From Eledone cirrhosa (taxonomy: Eukaryota), in NCBI GenBank assembly GCA_964016885.1, contig OZ024743.1:175522001-175586000 (forward strand): a stretch of 64,000 nucleotides of DNA. Reading direction: 5' to 3'. The translations under genes and the position numbers were made by a program. A model generated the notes under the pieces. The model saw only the letters and a list, made by a program, of their open reading frames with translations. It was not told the origin of the DNA and did no database searches. Below are positions 24,985 through 42,197 of the stretch, piece by piece. Numbering within the stretch: the stretch's first letter is position 1; every line of letters begins with the position of its first letter.

Positions 24985-25825
24985 ATATCTACAGCCATCA
25001 AATTCACCCCTCTCTATATCTAACATACAAATCACACTCCCAACCCCCCTCTTTATATCAATCATCACCAAACTCTCCCCCTCGTCGTCTCTACTACACT
25101 CCCTCCTAATCGTTCTCTCTCTATCTATCACAATCTCTCCCTCGATATCTTTTACGATACTGTCTCTCTTAATCCCGCTCTCTATATTAAGCAATATTTA
25201 TCTCTCTCAACCCCCTCATTATAACTACAAGCATTGAAACCTACATCCTCTATATCTCCTACACGACACTCTCTCTCCTAATCCCCCTCTATATATTAAT
25301 TGCCACCAAACTAGCCTCCTCTCTATAACTACCATACAACACTCTCTCATTCTCTCTCACTCTCACACTACATCTATCAATACATATCTCTATCAATCCT
25401 TTTACTCTATTCATTACCCCAAACTCTCCTCCTCTTTATATCTACTACATGGAACTCTCTTCCAATCCCCTTCTCTATATCATTGACACCCCCCCCCCCC
25501 TACACAAACGATACAACACTCTCTCTATATCAATTAACCCCAAACTCTCCCCTTATATATATCTATTACACAGAACTCTCTTCCAATCTCCGTCTCTATA
25601 TCAAGTAACACCAAACTCTCTTCCTAACTATATCTACTACTCAGTATGCTCTTCTAATCCCCCTCTCTATATCAATTAACACCGAACTCTCGCCCTCTCT
25701 ATATCTACTACACGGAACTCTCATCCAATACCCTTCTCGATATCAATTACCACGAAACTCTCCCCTTCACTATATCTAATATACAATACACTCTCCTAAT
25801 ATTCCCCTCTATATCAATTACCACA
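24985..25825 (+). repeat. Degenerate CT-rich minisatellite (~60-70-bp units)
   Basis: Recurrent ccctctctatatcaatta..caccaaactctc..tatctactaca. Confidence 0.7.
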
Positions 25826-26888
25826 TAACATGTACATAAATTATAGCGCATATACAAATAGATGTATGTTTTGGTATTTTGAGGAGACAAATATAATAAT
25901 TGGGGTGGGGGTGCCATCATCCCACCACCCGGGCCCCTGCGGTAAATGAACTCAGAGCGCATAAAGCAGAAACGAATACCACACATAATTCTACCAACTC
26001 GTCACCTTCCTTATGGTATAAACAGATACATATCTGTCGTTATTGTTGCAGTTGGAAGTTTAATTATTCCCAGTAAAATCAAATTAATAAAGATGTATAC
26101 TGGAAGAAGATTGACTCCATATCGTACAAATGAGGGAATCTTTAAGCGGTATGACGATCTGCTAGAAATAACAGCCAAATTTCTAAAAAACAAAACAAAA
26201 AAAAAACAACGAACAAATATGATAACATATTCCGGTGTATATTATATCTGAAAAGATGAGATAACGAACATATGAAAGTATTTCTAAGCGGTCGAAACAA
26301 CAGCGAAATCTCTCAAAAAACATATAACTTTGATAACGTGGTTCGGTGTATATTATATCTGAAAGATGGGTTAAAGAAATCTGGAATATCTTTGGTAATA
26401 GTTCAGCTAGGTGAAGGTTTATCTGGGACTATATCATACAACAACACTATATCATACAATGTTTTCAACCGAGTGTCCCCATGAAGGTAAAAAGGTTAAT
26501 GCAATTGATAAAAGAAACAACAAACCAACACATACAGGCTCTTATATCTATCTAATCTCTAATGACCGTAAAATTATATTTAATTATTTCATATCTGAGA
26601 ATATAAATAAATGAATAGTTGATTGTTAATGTTTGGTGAATCGTATAAAATGTCTTTATTCCTAGTAGACTATTTCCACCAAGAAGTATTGTAGCTTTCA
26701 TATCTTTTGTGTTCATCAGTGCTTTTGTTATCATCCAAATAATTATTTCTATCAAGTATCGGTTTATATATTGATTTTATTTTACACCACTAATAAATAC
26801 ATATTAGAGCTTGAAACACAAAACTTGACATTCATTCATTGAATCAGTTGCCTGTCTCACCATTCATATATTTAACGACATACTTTTA

Positions 26889-26938
<50 letters not shown>

Positions 26939-26994
26939 AATATATATTTATAAACATATATACATATGTACATACATACATACATATGTATATC

Positions 26995-29974
<2,980 letters not shown>

Positions 29975-30070
29975 TATATATATATATATATATATATTTA
30001 TAAACATATATACATATGTATATACATACATACATATGTATATCTGTACATATATATATATATATATATA

Positions 30071-30248
30071 TATAACAACTAGAAATTGATTAGCATATAA
30101 ATAAACATATGAAACAAACAATCACAGGGGATAATTTTTACAAGTGTGTAAGCACACATAGCTACGTGTGCTTACACACTTGTAAAAATGATGCCCTGTG
30201 ATTGTTTCATATGTTTATTTATATGCTAATCAATTTCTAGTTGTTATA
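30071..30248. repeat. Fold-back inverted repeat (~85-bp arms)
   Basis: tataacaactagaaattg..gcacac [atagctac] gtgtgc..caatttctagttgttata. Confidence 0.85.
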
Positions 30249-30387
30249 AAATGCTCGTATCTATTCATTAGAATCTTGGAGCTTATTTTACGGGTGATAT
30301 GGCGCATGCCTTTCTGGCATGACACCCATAATTTTAATTTAGATTAAATTCATTTTGATTTATCTTAATTTTGGATATATATATATA

Positions 30388-30443
<56 letters not shown>

Positions 30444-30586
30444 TATATATTATTAAGTGTAATGAATTCTTTTACAATGGAATTAGCTCGAAGGAGGAAA
30501 TACCCCTGAGCCGTGTATAAACTAATATATATGATGCATATATATCCATGTATAAATTTATATATATATATATATATACATATATA

Positions 30587-31445
30587 CGAGGTGTGTCAGA
30601 AAAGTTCCAGGACTGATGTCAGAAAAGATTTATTTCAAACCCAAACTTCACACTAAGAGTTTTCTCCTTCAAAGTAATCCCCCTGGAGTATGTAACTGTA
30701 ATGTTAGGTCTCTGCAGCGATCAAACTTTTTTCTTCATAATTTTATATACATGTCCTCTGTTTCAGGTCGTCAAGCAATGAGCACAGAGCAACGAACAAA
30801 CTTGAAAACTCCGTCAGAAGCACTGGGATTGCTGCAGCAAGTTTATGGAGATGAGACGATGTCACGCTCACGTGTTTTTGAGTGGTGCAAGATGACCCCA
30901 GGAGCGGAAGGCCCTCAACAACCAGGACTGAGGTCAACGTTGAGCGCCTCAGGCAGATGGTGCGTAGCGATCGTCGGCTGACTGTTCGACTGATGGCAAA
31001 TGAGCTGGGCATGAATCGGGACAGCGTCTGGAAGATTCTCACTGAAGATTTGTACATGCGGAAAGTCTGCGCGAAGATGGTGCCAAAACTGCTGAACGAT
31101 GACCAGAAGGGTCGACGCATGCAAGTATGCCAGGACATCCTCGAGCGTCTTGAAAGCGAACCAGACTTGCTAGGGTCAGTCATCACCGGAGATGAGTCAT
31201 GGATCTTCGAGTAGGACCCGGAGGGGACCCTTTTGAAGACGTGGACGACATCAAAAAGGCCGTGACGACGGAACTGCGGAGGACCCAGGAAGAATCCTTC
31301 TAGGAGTGCATGCATGGCAGAAAAGGATAATAAGTGCATTAGACTCCAGGGGGATTACTTTGAAGGAGAAAACTCTTAGTGTGAAGTTTGGGTTTGAAAT
31401 AAATCTTTTGTAACATCAGTCCTGGAACTTTTCTGACGCACCTCG
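30587..31445 (+). mobile_element. Internally deleted mariner (irritans-like) with ~100-bp terminal inverted repeats
   Basis: TA|cgaggtgtgtcagaaaagttcc..ggaacttttctgacgcacctcg|TA; transposase remnants SRSRVFEW, DDPRSGRP, RKVCAKMVPKLL, ITGDESWIFE, GDYFEG. Confidence 0.92.
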
Positions 31446-32076
31446 TATATATATATATATAGACACACACTTATATATGTATGTGTGTGTATGTGAATAT
31501 CTATCTATCTATCTATCTATCTCTCTCTCTATATATATATATATATACATGTATATATGAATGTATACTTGTACGTTTATACATATATATATTTATGTGA
31601 ATGTGTGTATGAAAATATATACAAATGTGAATAACAATGTATTACTCTTTGTCCATAGAAAAACATAAGTGACTACATGTGTCACTGTCAACTGGCCGTT
31701 CATCAGAAGAGTCGTGTTCTTATTGTTTTATCCACCGTCAGTTATAGAATATAACGCTATTTATATTAAACACAAACTCGGGCTTAACTAAGATGGTCCG
31801 CCTAATTTGCATAATATGCATAATTAATTAAAAAATAAAATTTTATGCAAATCACAGCGTACCTTGAAAATCTAAAATACATTTATTGAAGGTCAGGTTT
31901 AAAGGTACCATAGAAAAGCCGTATATCAGTACAGCACCCTACGACATCCTCAGGAGTTACTGGTCCATACAATAATAATAAACATAATAATATTGATTCC
32001 CAAGTTAGGTTCACGTCTAGCAAATTGGAGTAGGGAGAGATTGGATCAAACCGACCCCAGTACTTGACTGCTACTC

Positions 32077-32690
32077 AAATAATAATTGTTTCTACTTTTA
32101 GGTACAAGGCCAACAATTTTGGGGAGGAGTGGAAAGTCAATTAAATCAACCCCAGTTCATTACTGGTACTTTATTTTATCGACCCTGTAAGGATGAAAGG
32201 CAAACCTAACCTCGGTGGAATTTGAACTAAAAACGTAAAGGGCCATAACTCTATTCTGCAAAGCATAGTATCCGACGCTCTACCGATACTGCCAAACCCC
32301 CGCCCTACTCAAATAATGGTTTCTTATATAAGCATAATGCCAGCAATTTTGATTAAATTGACCCCAGTGCGTGACTGGTACTTTATTTTATCGACCCCGT
32401 AAGGATGAAAGGCAAAGTTAACCTCAGCTGGATTTGAACTCAGATCATAAAGGGAGGTAACTCTATGCTGCAAAGCATGGCGTCCAACGCTCTACCGATA
32501 CTGCCAATCCACTGCCCTACTCAAATAATTGTTTCTACTTTTTGGCACAAGGCCAGCAAATACCCAGTGCATTACTGGTACTTTATTTTATCACCCTGTA
32601 AGGATAAAAGGCAAAGTTAACCTCGGCTGGATTTGAACTCAGAATGGTAAGGGCCGTCACTCAATGCGTCAAAGCATGGCGTTCAGCACA
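32077..32690 (-). mobile_element. Three head-to-tail Nin-domain SINE copies
   Basis: Units ~32077-32310, 32311-32522 and 32523-32690 each have ctggtactttattttatc..ggcaaag/c..aacctc..gatttgaact. Confidence 0.85.
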
Positions 32691-33167
32691 TCTGTTGGCA
32701 AGCTGTGTTTACCCTCCATTTCCTCAGTCTCTCTTTCTTTCTCTCTCTCTCCTATCTCCTTCTGTCTCCCTTCTCCTTCTCTCCCCCATCCCCTCTCTCC
32801 CTTCTCCTTCTCTCTCCTTTCTCGCCCTCTCTTCTCTCCCTCTTTCTCTTCTCTTCCTCTTTCTCTCCCTTCTCCTCTCGATTACTGTTATCGACACTCA
32901 GTTAGTATTCCTTTGAACATATCTATCTGCTCTATTTACATTAATTGAAACATAATTCATCTCACTTACCATCCTCCGGGGAAACGCCTTCTTCAATCTC
33001 TCTGCCGGGAGCGTGAGGCGGCCAGCACGTGGAACTCCATTTGCTCATAATACAGAGAGATGGGGAGGGCGAGAGAGATGGAGGCGATGACAGTGGGAGT
33101 TCAGCTCTTCCGTGTCCGGACCTGGTGTGCAGTGTCAGTTGTCCGTAGGGAGGTAATGATTCATATA

Positions 33168-33233
<66 letters not shown>

Positions 33234-33236
<3 letters not shown>

Positions 33237-34175
33237 GTATATGTATAAAATTAAGTATGTGTGTGTGTGTCTGTGTCTGTGTATTACCTATAGGGGCCTA
33301 CATCTTACGACCGATTTTCATAAAACTTCACAGGCTCATAGATTAGTCATCGGGGAGTGTTTTCTATATATCAGCGTATCGTTTTTTTTTATTCCGGGGT
33401 CATTCTGCAGATAAAAATCGATAGGGGGGGGGGGGGGTCACCTTTCTTTAGGTATCGAAAAATAAGATTTTTGGCTCTAGCTCCCACATTTTGTCACCGA
33501 TTTCGTTCCAATTTTAAAGCAAAATAGAATTTATCATTGCACATCCTGTAATGGCTTTATATTTTGGATTTGTTGTTCAGAGACGGCGTGGCAGCCGCTG
33601 AAATATTAAAAAATAACACTTTTAGACTCAAATTTCCACCTTTCTCGGCTCTAGCTCCCACATTAATCAATCTACTTTGTTTAAATTTTACACTACGCTA
33701 GATCTGATTATTTCACGTCTGAAAGTGGCTTTACATTTTGGATCTTTTGTTCAGGAACGGCATGGCAGCCGCTTAAATATTCGAAAATACCACCTTTTCG
33801 CTCAAATTTCCGCCTTTTCGGCTCTAGCTCCCATATTTTTCAACCGATTTCGTTCAAATTCAAAACTTCGGCTCCACCTCACACATAAATCAATTTATTT
33901 AGTTCAACTTTTATACTACGATAGAACCTATCATTGCACATATAGTAGCTTTACACTTTGCCTTTTTTGTTCAGGGACGGCGTGGCAGCCGTTTAACTCT
34001 TCAAAATACGATTTTTTCCACCTCCCACATATTCCATACGATTTCACTCAACATTTCGCCATTTGCTACACCTTACAACCGATTTTCAAGAAACTAGCAG
34101 TCGCTAAGATCAACACCTTTTCATCAAAGCAGATATTATTTTACCTACCCAGGCAACGCTGGGTACTGCTGCTAG
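33234..34175 (+). mobile_element. Non-autonomous Helitron-like element
   Basis: 5' TC after A, early GT/GTCT microsatellite, internal subrepeats (ggctctagctccca x3), 3' hairpin cccaggcaacgctggg followed by CTAG then T. Confidence 0.75.
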
Positions 34176-34651
34176 TATATATATATAAATAAATAAATAA
34201 ATAACAACACCTATCGTTGTCAACACGTCCCCCTTTTTTTACTTTATTTTGTTTTTGATTTTGTTTTTACTTTCTTATATATATCTATATATATATATAT
34301 ATTGTATTTTTTGTTCTTATTTATTTATTTAGTTATTCCTGCTTCCTTACTACTTCCCGATTTGTGAGTGAATATATATCTGTGTATATGTATGTGTATG
34401 TATTTATGTTCCTGTCCGTATTTCTATGTAGACACAAATACGCTTATGTGAGAAAGTATACGTCTACGTACTATTAGGTATATGCGCATAGTTGAGTGTG
34501 TGTATGTTTACGTTCTGGATATTTATATTTTTATATATATATATATATATATTCCCCTATTTCCTTTTCGCCCGTTTTTTTCAGCCTCACTTTCATATTT
34601 CCTAAATTTTGTTTTCAAATCCATATTTAATAAAAACACCATGTTTTTTTT

Positions 34652-34714
34652 ATTCATTCTGAAGACTGAAGACAGACACAACATCTGTCTTCAAGAAACC
34701 ACTGGTAAATGAAA
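34652..34714 (+). ncRNA. Type I hammerhead ribozyme motif
   Basis: ttcatt-CTGAAGA-c-tgaagacaga/tctgtcttca-a-GAAA-cc act gg-TA-aatgaa; 6-bp stem I, 10-bp stem II (first pair mismatched). Confidence 0.7.
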
Positions 34715-34828
34715 TAATTATCTCATGTTTTTTTTATTACATAACTAATAAACTCTGTAGCCTACATAGAGCACTCTTTTTTCCTGTACCTTTCTGACGG
34801 AAATACTTCATTTATATATATATATATA

Positions 34829-35443
34829 GGCATAGGTAAATTATAACGTCCGAGAAAGTGAAAGTCATTTTTATGACAAGTGAATGTGTTTGTTTTTTAG
34901 TATTGCGTGTGTGATTATTTTTTCTTTTTCTTCTTTTGTGTATTGTGTGTACGGAAAATTATACTTACCTTATCAACATCCTTATTAGACCGTATAAATA
35001 GCTGAAATACAGTTGATCATCTCGCCAAATTTGTTGGCACCAACTCTCTGCCGCCAAAGAAATTCAGCTAAATATGAGGGGAATAAATCGTCGCTTGTCC
35101 CATGTTGTCGACGGAGCTTTTTCTTCGCACGGCTCAACTTTGGCAAGATATTACAAAAACATCTAAACAATGATGATGACACAAACACATATATATATAT
35201 ACAAACACACATATATATATATACATACAGACACACATATATATATACACACATATACACACCCACACATATATATATAAGAGAAAATAATCACACACGC
35301 AATACTAATTAACACCATATCACTATAGAGACCTGTTGTAAATAAACAAACTGTATCGTAACTTTCAATGTAAAAAAAACAAAACAAACACATTCACTTG
35401 TCATAAAAATGACTTTCACTTTCGAGGACGTTATTCTTAACCT

Positions 35444-35448
<5 letters not shown>
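34829..35448 (-). mobile_element. Deleted Merlin-like (IS1016/IS1595-related) DNA transposon
   Basis: ~65-bp TIRs ggcataggt..gacaagtgaatgtg / cacattcacttgtc..acctatgcc; remnant KKKLRRQHGTSDDLFPSYLAEFLWR at ~34985-35135(-). Confidence 0.8.
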
Positions 35449-35507
<59 letters not shown>

Positions 35508-35516
<9 letters not shown>

Positions 35517-35588
35517 TAAAATAACAGATTAAAGTTTAAGCAAAAAAGATTCCTTGCTTAAACTTTAATCTGTTATTTTAATAAATAT
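35508..35588. repeat. Fold-back hairpin (~35-bp arms)
   Basis: atttattaaaataacagattaaagtttaagcaa / ttgcttaaactttaatctgttattttaataaat. Confidence 0.85.
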
Positions 35589-35671
35589 TTGCTCTATGGT
35601 TCTTATATAGTTGATATATATTTATCCTTATCGAGCCCTCTTTGGATTTTAGTCTTCAAATTTATTATTAT

Positions 35672-35707
<36 letters not shown>

Positions 35708-36361
35708 TATTGTTAACTAACATAACAGGTTGGGATGATATACTTAATATGTTTACATACTAAATCAATATCATTCCTCTCCTCTGCTTCTCTACCTTTA
35801 ATAATAACTACTGTGTATCAACCAATTGATCCAGTCTTAAACATTTCCCCTAACCAAACGTATCGAATCACTTCTCTGGTTTTATATAGTACACTACACC
35901 TACTAGATCAGCCATTAGTCCTCACCATATTTATATTTATACGTTAAAGAAAGGAAACTGTAATAACATGTTTGAGGGCAGACATAAAGACCAAGACAGC
36001 GAATTGCTAAGAATAAAACAAAACATCCAGTAAAATAAAGACGCCTTAATACGCTCAGAAACTAGACATTTTCTGACTAAACATGAATATCTATTTACTA
36101 TATAATAGAGATTAGAACACTAGGTTCAAGTAAATACTAAATAGCTAACACAATTATTATATATTTTCTTAGTAAATGGGGAAATGTACTTGATTTGATT
36201 AAGCTAGTGTTTGACACAATATACGTATTAAATGAAGACATCTCATAGCTTTCATAGCTAAATACAGTATTTAATCGCGTTATTTTCGTGACAGATTTAA
36301 ACTGTTCTATGTAATAAGCATTCTCTTTACTACCACATGTTGTATATAATGTTTATATATA

Positions 36362-36400
36362 CTAGCAGAAAAACCACCCTTCGGGTGGTTTTCTGCTAGC
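36362..36400. repeat. Perfect 18-bp hairpin ending in CTAG; possible Helitron-type terminus
   Basis: ctagcagaaaaaccaccc ttc gggtggtttttctgctag. Confidence 0.5.
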
Positions 36401-36887
36401 ATGTGTAGTGTGTATATTGATATTATACGCAAGTATATATACATGTAGATATGATACATCAAATAAAATCGTAATTGACAATATAAACAGAAATTAAACG
36501 AAGACGTTGTTACACTGTCTTATGTAATCAGTAACGTAATCCATGATACATAAAAAAAAAGAGGATATTATATATAAACTGCATTAGGAGAAAATTAGTG
36601 ACAGAAAATTAGTATGTTTATTTAAGTGATCGCCACAGGAAGTGTTGACATCACACACTCTCTCTTTCTATATATATGGTAGTTGAAGTGGTGGTGGTGG
36701 CAGCGATATACCGGAAGTGCAACTTTGAAAAGAAGTCAATTTTAAATTATTTATTTTTACGAAATTATTTTTGTTTACGAAATTTAGTAGATAAATTATT
36801 CATTCATTATTTATTCAAAGTAATCCGACTCATTTTACTAACGGGATAAAAAAAAACCGTACGCAGTCCCGCAGACCTCCCTTTATT

Positions 36888-36937
<50 letters not shown>

Positions 36938-37011
36938 CGCTGCCCCCTCGTTATCGAGTATGGCCATTGCACGATATAACATTATTAATAATTATTAATT
37001 AATTCTATCAT

Positions 37012-37285
37012 GCAATGCCTGTGCGTGAAGATATTTTTTAAAGTGACGAAAGACTGTACACTGAGCCAATCCCAGTCTCTGAGCGACAGTAGCTATAACC
37101 CGAAAAGAAGAAAAAATCAACATCATCGGTAACTACTGAGCCGCAGATTTTATATCGGAGTTATGCCAGTTTCCTGAGTTGCCTTCTCCTAGAAGAATGC
37201 CCTGACAAAGGCTAGGGGTTCTTCACTCCCAGTAGTTTAACCGCGCGATCGGGTGTCCAGCCTGACTATTCCTATGTCCCTGCGC
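37012..37285 (-). mobile_element. ~275-bp dispersed SINE-like repeat with TAA-rich tail (second copy 45820-46095)
   Basis: The two copies align over their length (caatgcctgtgcgtga..ccttctcctagaagaatgccctgacaa..gcgcgatcggg); strand inferred from tail. Confidence 0.7.
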
Positions 37286-37524
37286 ATATACATACACATG
37301 CACCCATGTATATACATATACATACGTGTCTGTGTGTGTATGTGTGTATATGTATATATATATATATATATTGGCTTTTTGCTACAATATTTTCTATACC
37401 TTTCATTTATATATATATATATATATATACATATACACACATACACACACAGACACACATAGACACACATAGACACACACACACACACACACACACACGC
37501 ATACACACACACACACATACACAT

Positions 37525-37558
<34 letters not shown>

Positions 37559-38114
37559 GTAATGCTAGGGTAGAGTCGTTAGAGTATTGGAGATTTGTTT
37601 CGAGTCTTAATATCCCGAGTTGAAATCCCGCAGAGTTCCACTTTGCTTTTCATGATTTCGGGTACGATAAAGACAGTACCAGCCCAATTCTGGTGCTGCC
37701 CATTCTCCTTCCAGCTGTCACACCTTGGATGTTCGGCTGGTGCATGAGAATAGAAAGGGAGGCATAGAGCGAGTGAATGTGTCTGTTCACGTCTGCGTGG
37801 CCAACTAAAGCCTCTTTTGCATCTTTAGCAAACGTAGACAAGACATACTTTATTTGAGAGTGACTGATATAGTTTTTCAGCAACATGTGTTTTTCAGGTT
37901 TATATGAGGCCTGTATCGATGTCAAGAAATATAAATACACCTTTAAATCGTTTTATATCTAATCATCTTCAACTTACAGGGATCCACAGTAGCAGCTCCT
38001 TGACATTGGTTTCGTAATGTCAGAAGCTAATTCATTTCCTCCATCACCGGCACCACCGCCGTCAATAGCCCACGCCACGATCACTGCAAGAACTACCCTA
38101 AGAACCATTGTCAC

Positions 38115-38552
38115 TAACCCATCAACATCACCACCACAAACACCAGCACATCAACCAGCAACAGCAACAGCACCACCACCACCACCACCACCACCATAAG
38201 CAACAGCTCTACTATTACCATCACCACCACCACCACCACAATCATCACCACCATCACCACCACCATCACTATCACCAACACCACCACTACTAACACCACC
38301 ACAAACACCAGATCAATGCCATATCGTCTTCGATTATTGAACCAATAAAGAATAAGAGATGAGATTTACAACAGGAAATTAAGTAATTCGTCTCCCCCAT
38401 TATATCTGGTAGAGGAACGGTTAACAGGAGAGTCTGACCGGAAGCTACTGTCACCATTAATACACACATATACACAGACTCATACACATACACACATACA
38501 CACACATACACACACACATACACACACATTACACACACATATACACACACAT

Positions 38553-38602
<50 letters not shown>

Positions 38603-39950
38603 ACACATGCATACAGACACTCAAACACATATAGACACACTCATACAGATATACACATACATACACACATACACACATACACACATACACTCATACACAC
38701 ACATACATATATATATATATATACATACACATGCATACACACACTCATACACATATAGACACACTCATACACATATACACATACACACACATACTCATAC
38801 ACATACACGTGCACACACATACATATATATACACATACATACATACACATAGATACACACATTCATACACATACACACATGCACATATATACACATACAC
38901 ATACATAGACACACTCATTCACATACATATACATACTCATACACACACATACTCATACACATACTCGTACACACATACAGGCACACACATACACATACAT
39001 ACTCATACATACTCATACATACTCATACATACTCATACATACACATACACATACATACACACACATACACGCGCACATACATAAACGCACTCATACACAT
39101 ACATATACATACTCATACACACACGTTGATACACCTACTCCTACACACACACATAAACATGAAAACACACATACACATATATACACACACACACAAACAC
39201 ATACATACAGAACAGACACTCATACACCCATACACGCAAACACATACACACGCATACACACTCACACACACATACACACATATATGCACCCACACACGCG
39301 AATACACACGCATAACCATACACACCCTCACATGCACACTCACTTATACACCCCCATACGAACACACACATACACACACACACATACACACACACTCATA
39401 TACACACACGCGCGAACAAACACATAAACATACACACTCACGCATGCACACACTCATGCATCTACACACGTGTGCACGCACACACCTACACCCACTCACA
39501 TGCACCCATAAACGCACACACACATGACACATACACACTCATAAGTGGATACAATACCTCGCACTCGCACACACGCACATACACAGATACACGCACACAT
39601 GCATACATTCACATACACATACATTCACACATGTACATATATACAAGTACACACATAGAAGCGCACGCATAAAACTACACACAAATATGTGTACATACAA
39701 AGACGCACATAATCACATACACACACGGACACAATGCCTCACACACGCACTCACTCACATACACACTCACAGATACACATATGCATACACTCACATACAC
39801 ATACACTCACGTATGTACATATATACAAAGAAGACACACAGAAGCGCACACAAATATGTGTACATACAAACACGCACATACACACACGGACACAATACCA
39901 CCCGCACGCACTTACAGATACACACATGCATACACCCACGCACACATACT
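38115..39950. repeat. (CAC)n tract and long compound (CA)-rich low-complexity region
   Basis: Direct reading; explains the His/Thr and Val/Cys ORFs. Confidence 0.9.
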
Positions 39951-40068
39951 CCTATTATCTTTACCTTTGATGTTGTTTTCGATATTGTCTTCAAGGCAAG
40001 AGATGTACCTATGTAGGATAAGGGACCCCCTACCTCCCTCTCATACATATACGAGCATATACACATGA

Positions 40069-40107
<39 letters not shown>

Positions 40108-40181
40108 AATATATACAGTGACACACACCCACGGCAACACACACAAACACACACATTTATAAATATATACACGAATACAAT

Positions 40182-40213
<32 letters not shown>

Positions 40214-40241
40214 TAAACATATGTATCTATCTATCTATCTA

Positions 40242-40290
<49 letters not shown>

Positions 40291-40346
40291 ATAGATATAT
40301 ATATATTTAAATAAATATTAACATATGTAGCTATATATCTATCTAC

Positions 40347-40413
<67 letters not shown>

Positions 40414-40667
40414 GTTATATATATAGTTAGATAGATAGATATAGATATATATTTAAATGAATATTAACATATGTAGCTATATATTATATATATCTCCTAT
40501 TTCCCACTCTACTACCCTAAGTATTGAGTACTTTGGTGCGTTATGGTCCACCTGGTTCCTTACCACTTTTCCCTCGCTATATATATATATATATAGATGT
40601 ATATTAACAAGTGAAAATATATATATACCAACAAACAGAGAGATGGAGAGAGAGAGACAGAGGGAGA

Positions 40668-40765
<98 letters not shown>

Positions 40766-41091
40766 TTGGTATCTTCTAAGAGTATTTAACAATAATTACT
40801 GAATACAACCCTACATCAAAGGTATCGTAAAGACCCCTGAGTGATGTTCAATAAATTTACCAAATACTGCATACATACTCATATGATGGCTGCCCCCTCG
40901 TTATCGAGTATGGCCATTGCACGAGGGAAAAAAAAAATTAATAAATAAATAAAAAATAAAATAAAAATAAAAAAAGAAATATATATATATATATGTAATA
41001 CTTAGGTTAATAGGAGTTAGGTGTTGTATACCCGTGTCCCATTAAGGTATTGGCAGCATAATAATTAGCTCTATGCTTTGGAGCAGAGCCG

Positions 41092-41985
41092 TATATATGA
41101 AAAAGAACACAAGAGCGTCTACAACATCAAAAGATTTGTATTGGCTTACAATGTTTCTTCCTTACGTAACCGTAGGATTCGTCAGAGCTATAAAAGGGGT
41201 TTGATTGGTGTTATGGACTCTACCAACCAAACATTCAAGAACAAAGAGTAAAGAGAGTAAAGAGCAAAAGTAGGGGACGATAAGTCTAATTTTGGTGCGG
41301 GAGTGTGGGGTGTGTGTCCTTGTTTACTAGCTGCGGTCATATTCATTCCCGGGAGTCGGGTGGTTAGCTGAACCATAGATGGGGTGGCGTCGATAGTATG
41401 GTGCAGAGGGTGTGCAGAGGCTACACAAACACAAAGGGCATACAATATATATATATATATAGCGGAGGAGAAAGTACATGAGGTAATTAGAAATGGAAAA
41501 AGAGTAATAATAATAATCTATAATAAATAATTAATAGTCTATAATTAATAGTGTATTAATTATAGATTATTATTATTACTCTTTTTCCATTTCTAATTAC
41601 CTCATGTACTTTCTCCTCCGCTATATATATATATATATATTGTATGCCCTTTGTGTTTGTGTAGCCTCTGCACACCCTCTGCACCATACTATCGACGCCA
41701 CCCCATCTATGGTTCAGCTAACCACCCGACTCCCGGGAATGAATATGACCGCAGCTAGTAAACAAGGACACACACCCCACACTCCCGCACCAAAATTAGA
41801 CTTATCGTCCCCTACTTTTGCTCTTTACTCTCTTTACTCTCTGTTCTTGAATGTTTGGTTGGTAGAGTCCATAACACCAATCAAACCTCTTTTATAGCTC
41901 TGACGAATCCTACGGTTACGTAAGGAAGAAACATTGTAAGCCAATAAAAATCTTTTGATGTTGTAGACGCTCTTGTGTTCTTTTT

Positions 41986-41994
<9 letters not shown>
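41092..41994. repeat. ~900-bp near-perfect palindrome (non-autonomous PLE-like fold-back)
   Basis: Identical ORF text on opposite strands (41188-41445 - and 41604-41897 +); centre tctataattaata gtg tattaattataga at ~41552. Confidence 0.92.
41890..41949 (+). ncRNA. Type I hammerhead motif in palindrome arm
   Basis: ttttat agct-CTGACGA-atcct acg gtta cgt aagga a-GAAA-c att g-TA-agcc a ataaaa; mirror copy ~41138-41195(-). Confidence 0.6.
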
Positions 41995-42073
<79 letters not shown>

Positions 42074-42197
42074 TTAATAACAATAATAATAATAATGATA
42101 ATAATAATAACGACAACAACAATAATAATATACATATACATATATATATAAGAACACACGAACACACATAAGCATATCTATACACACACACACACAC

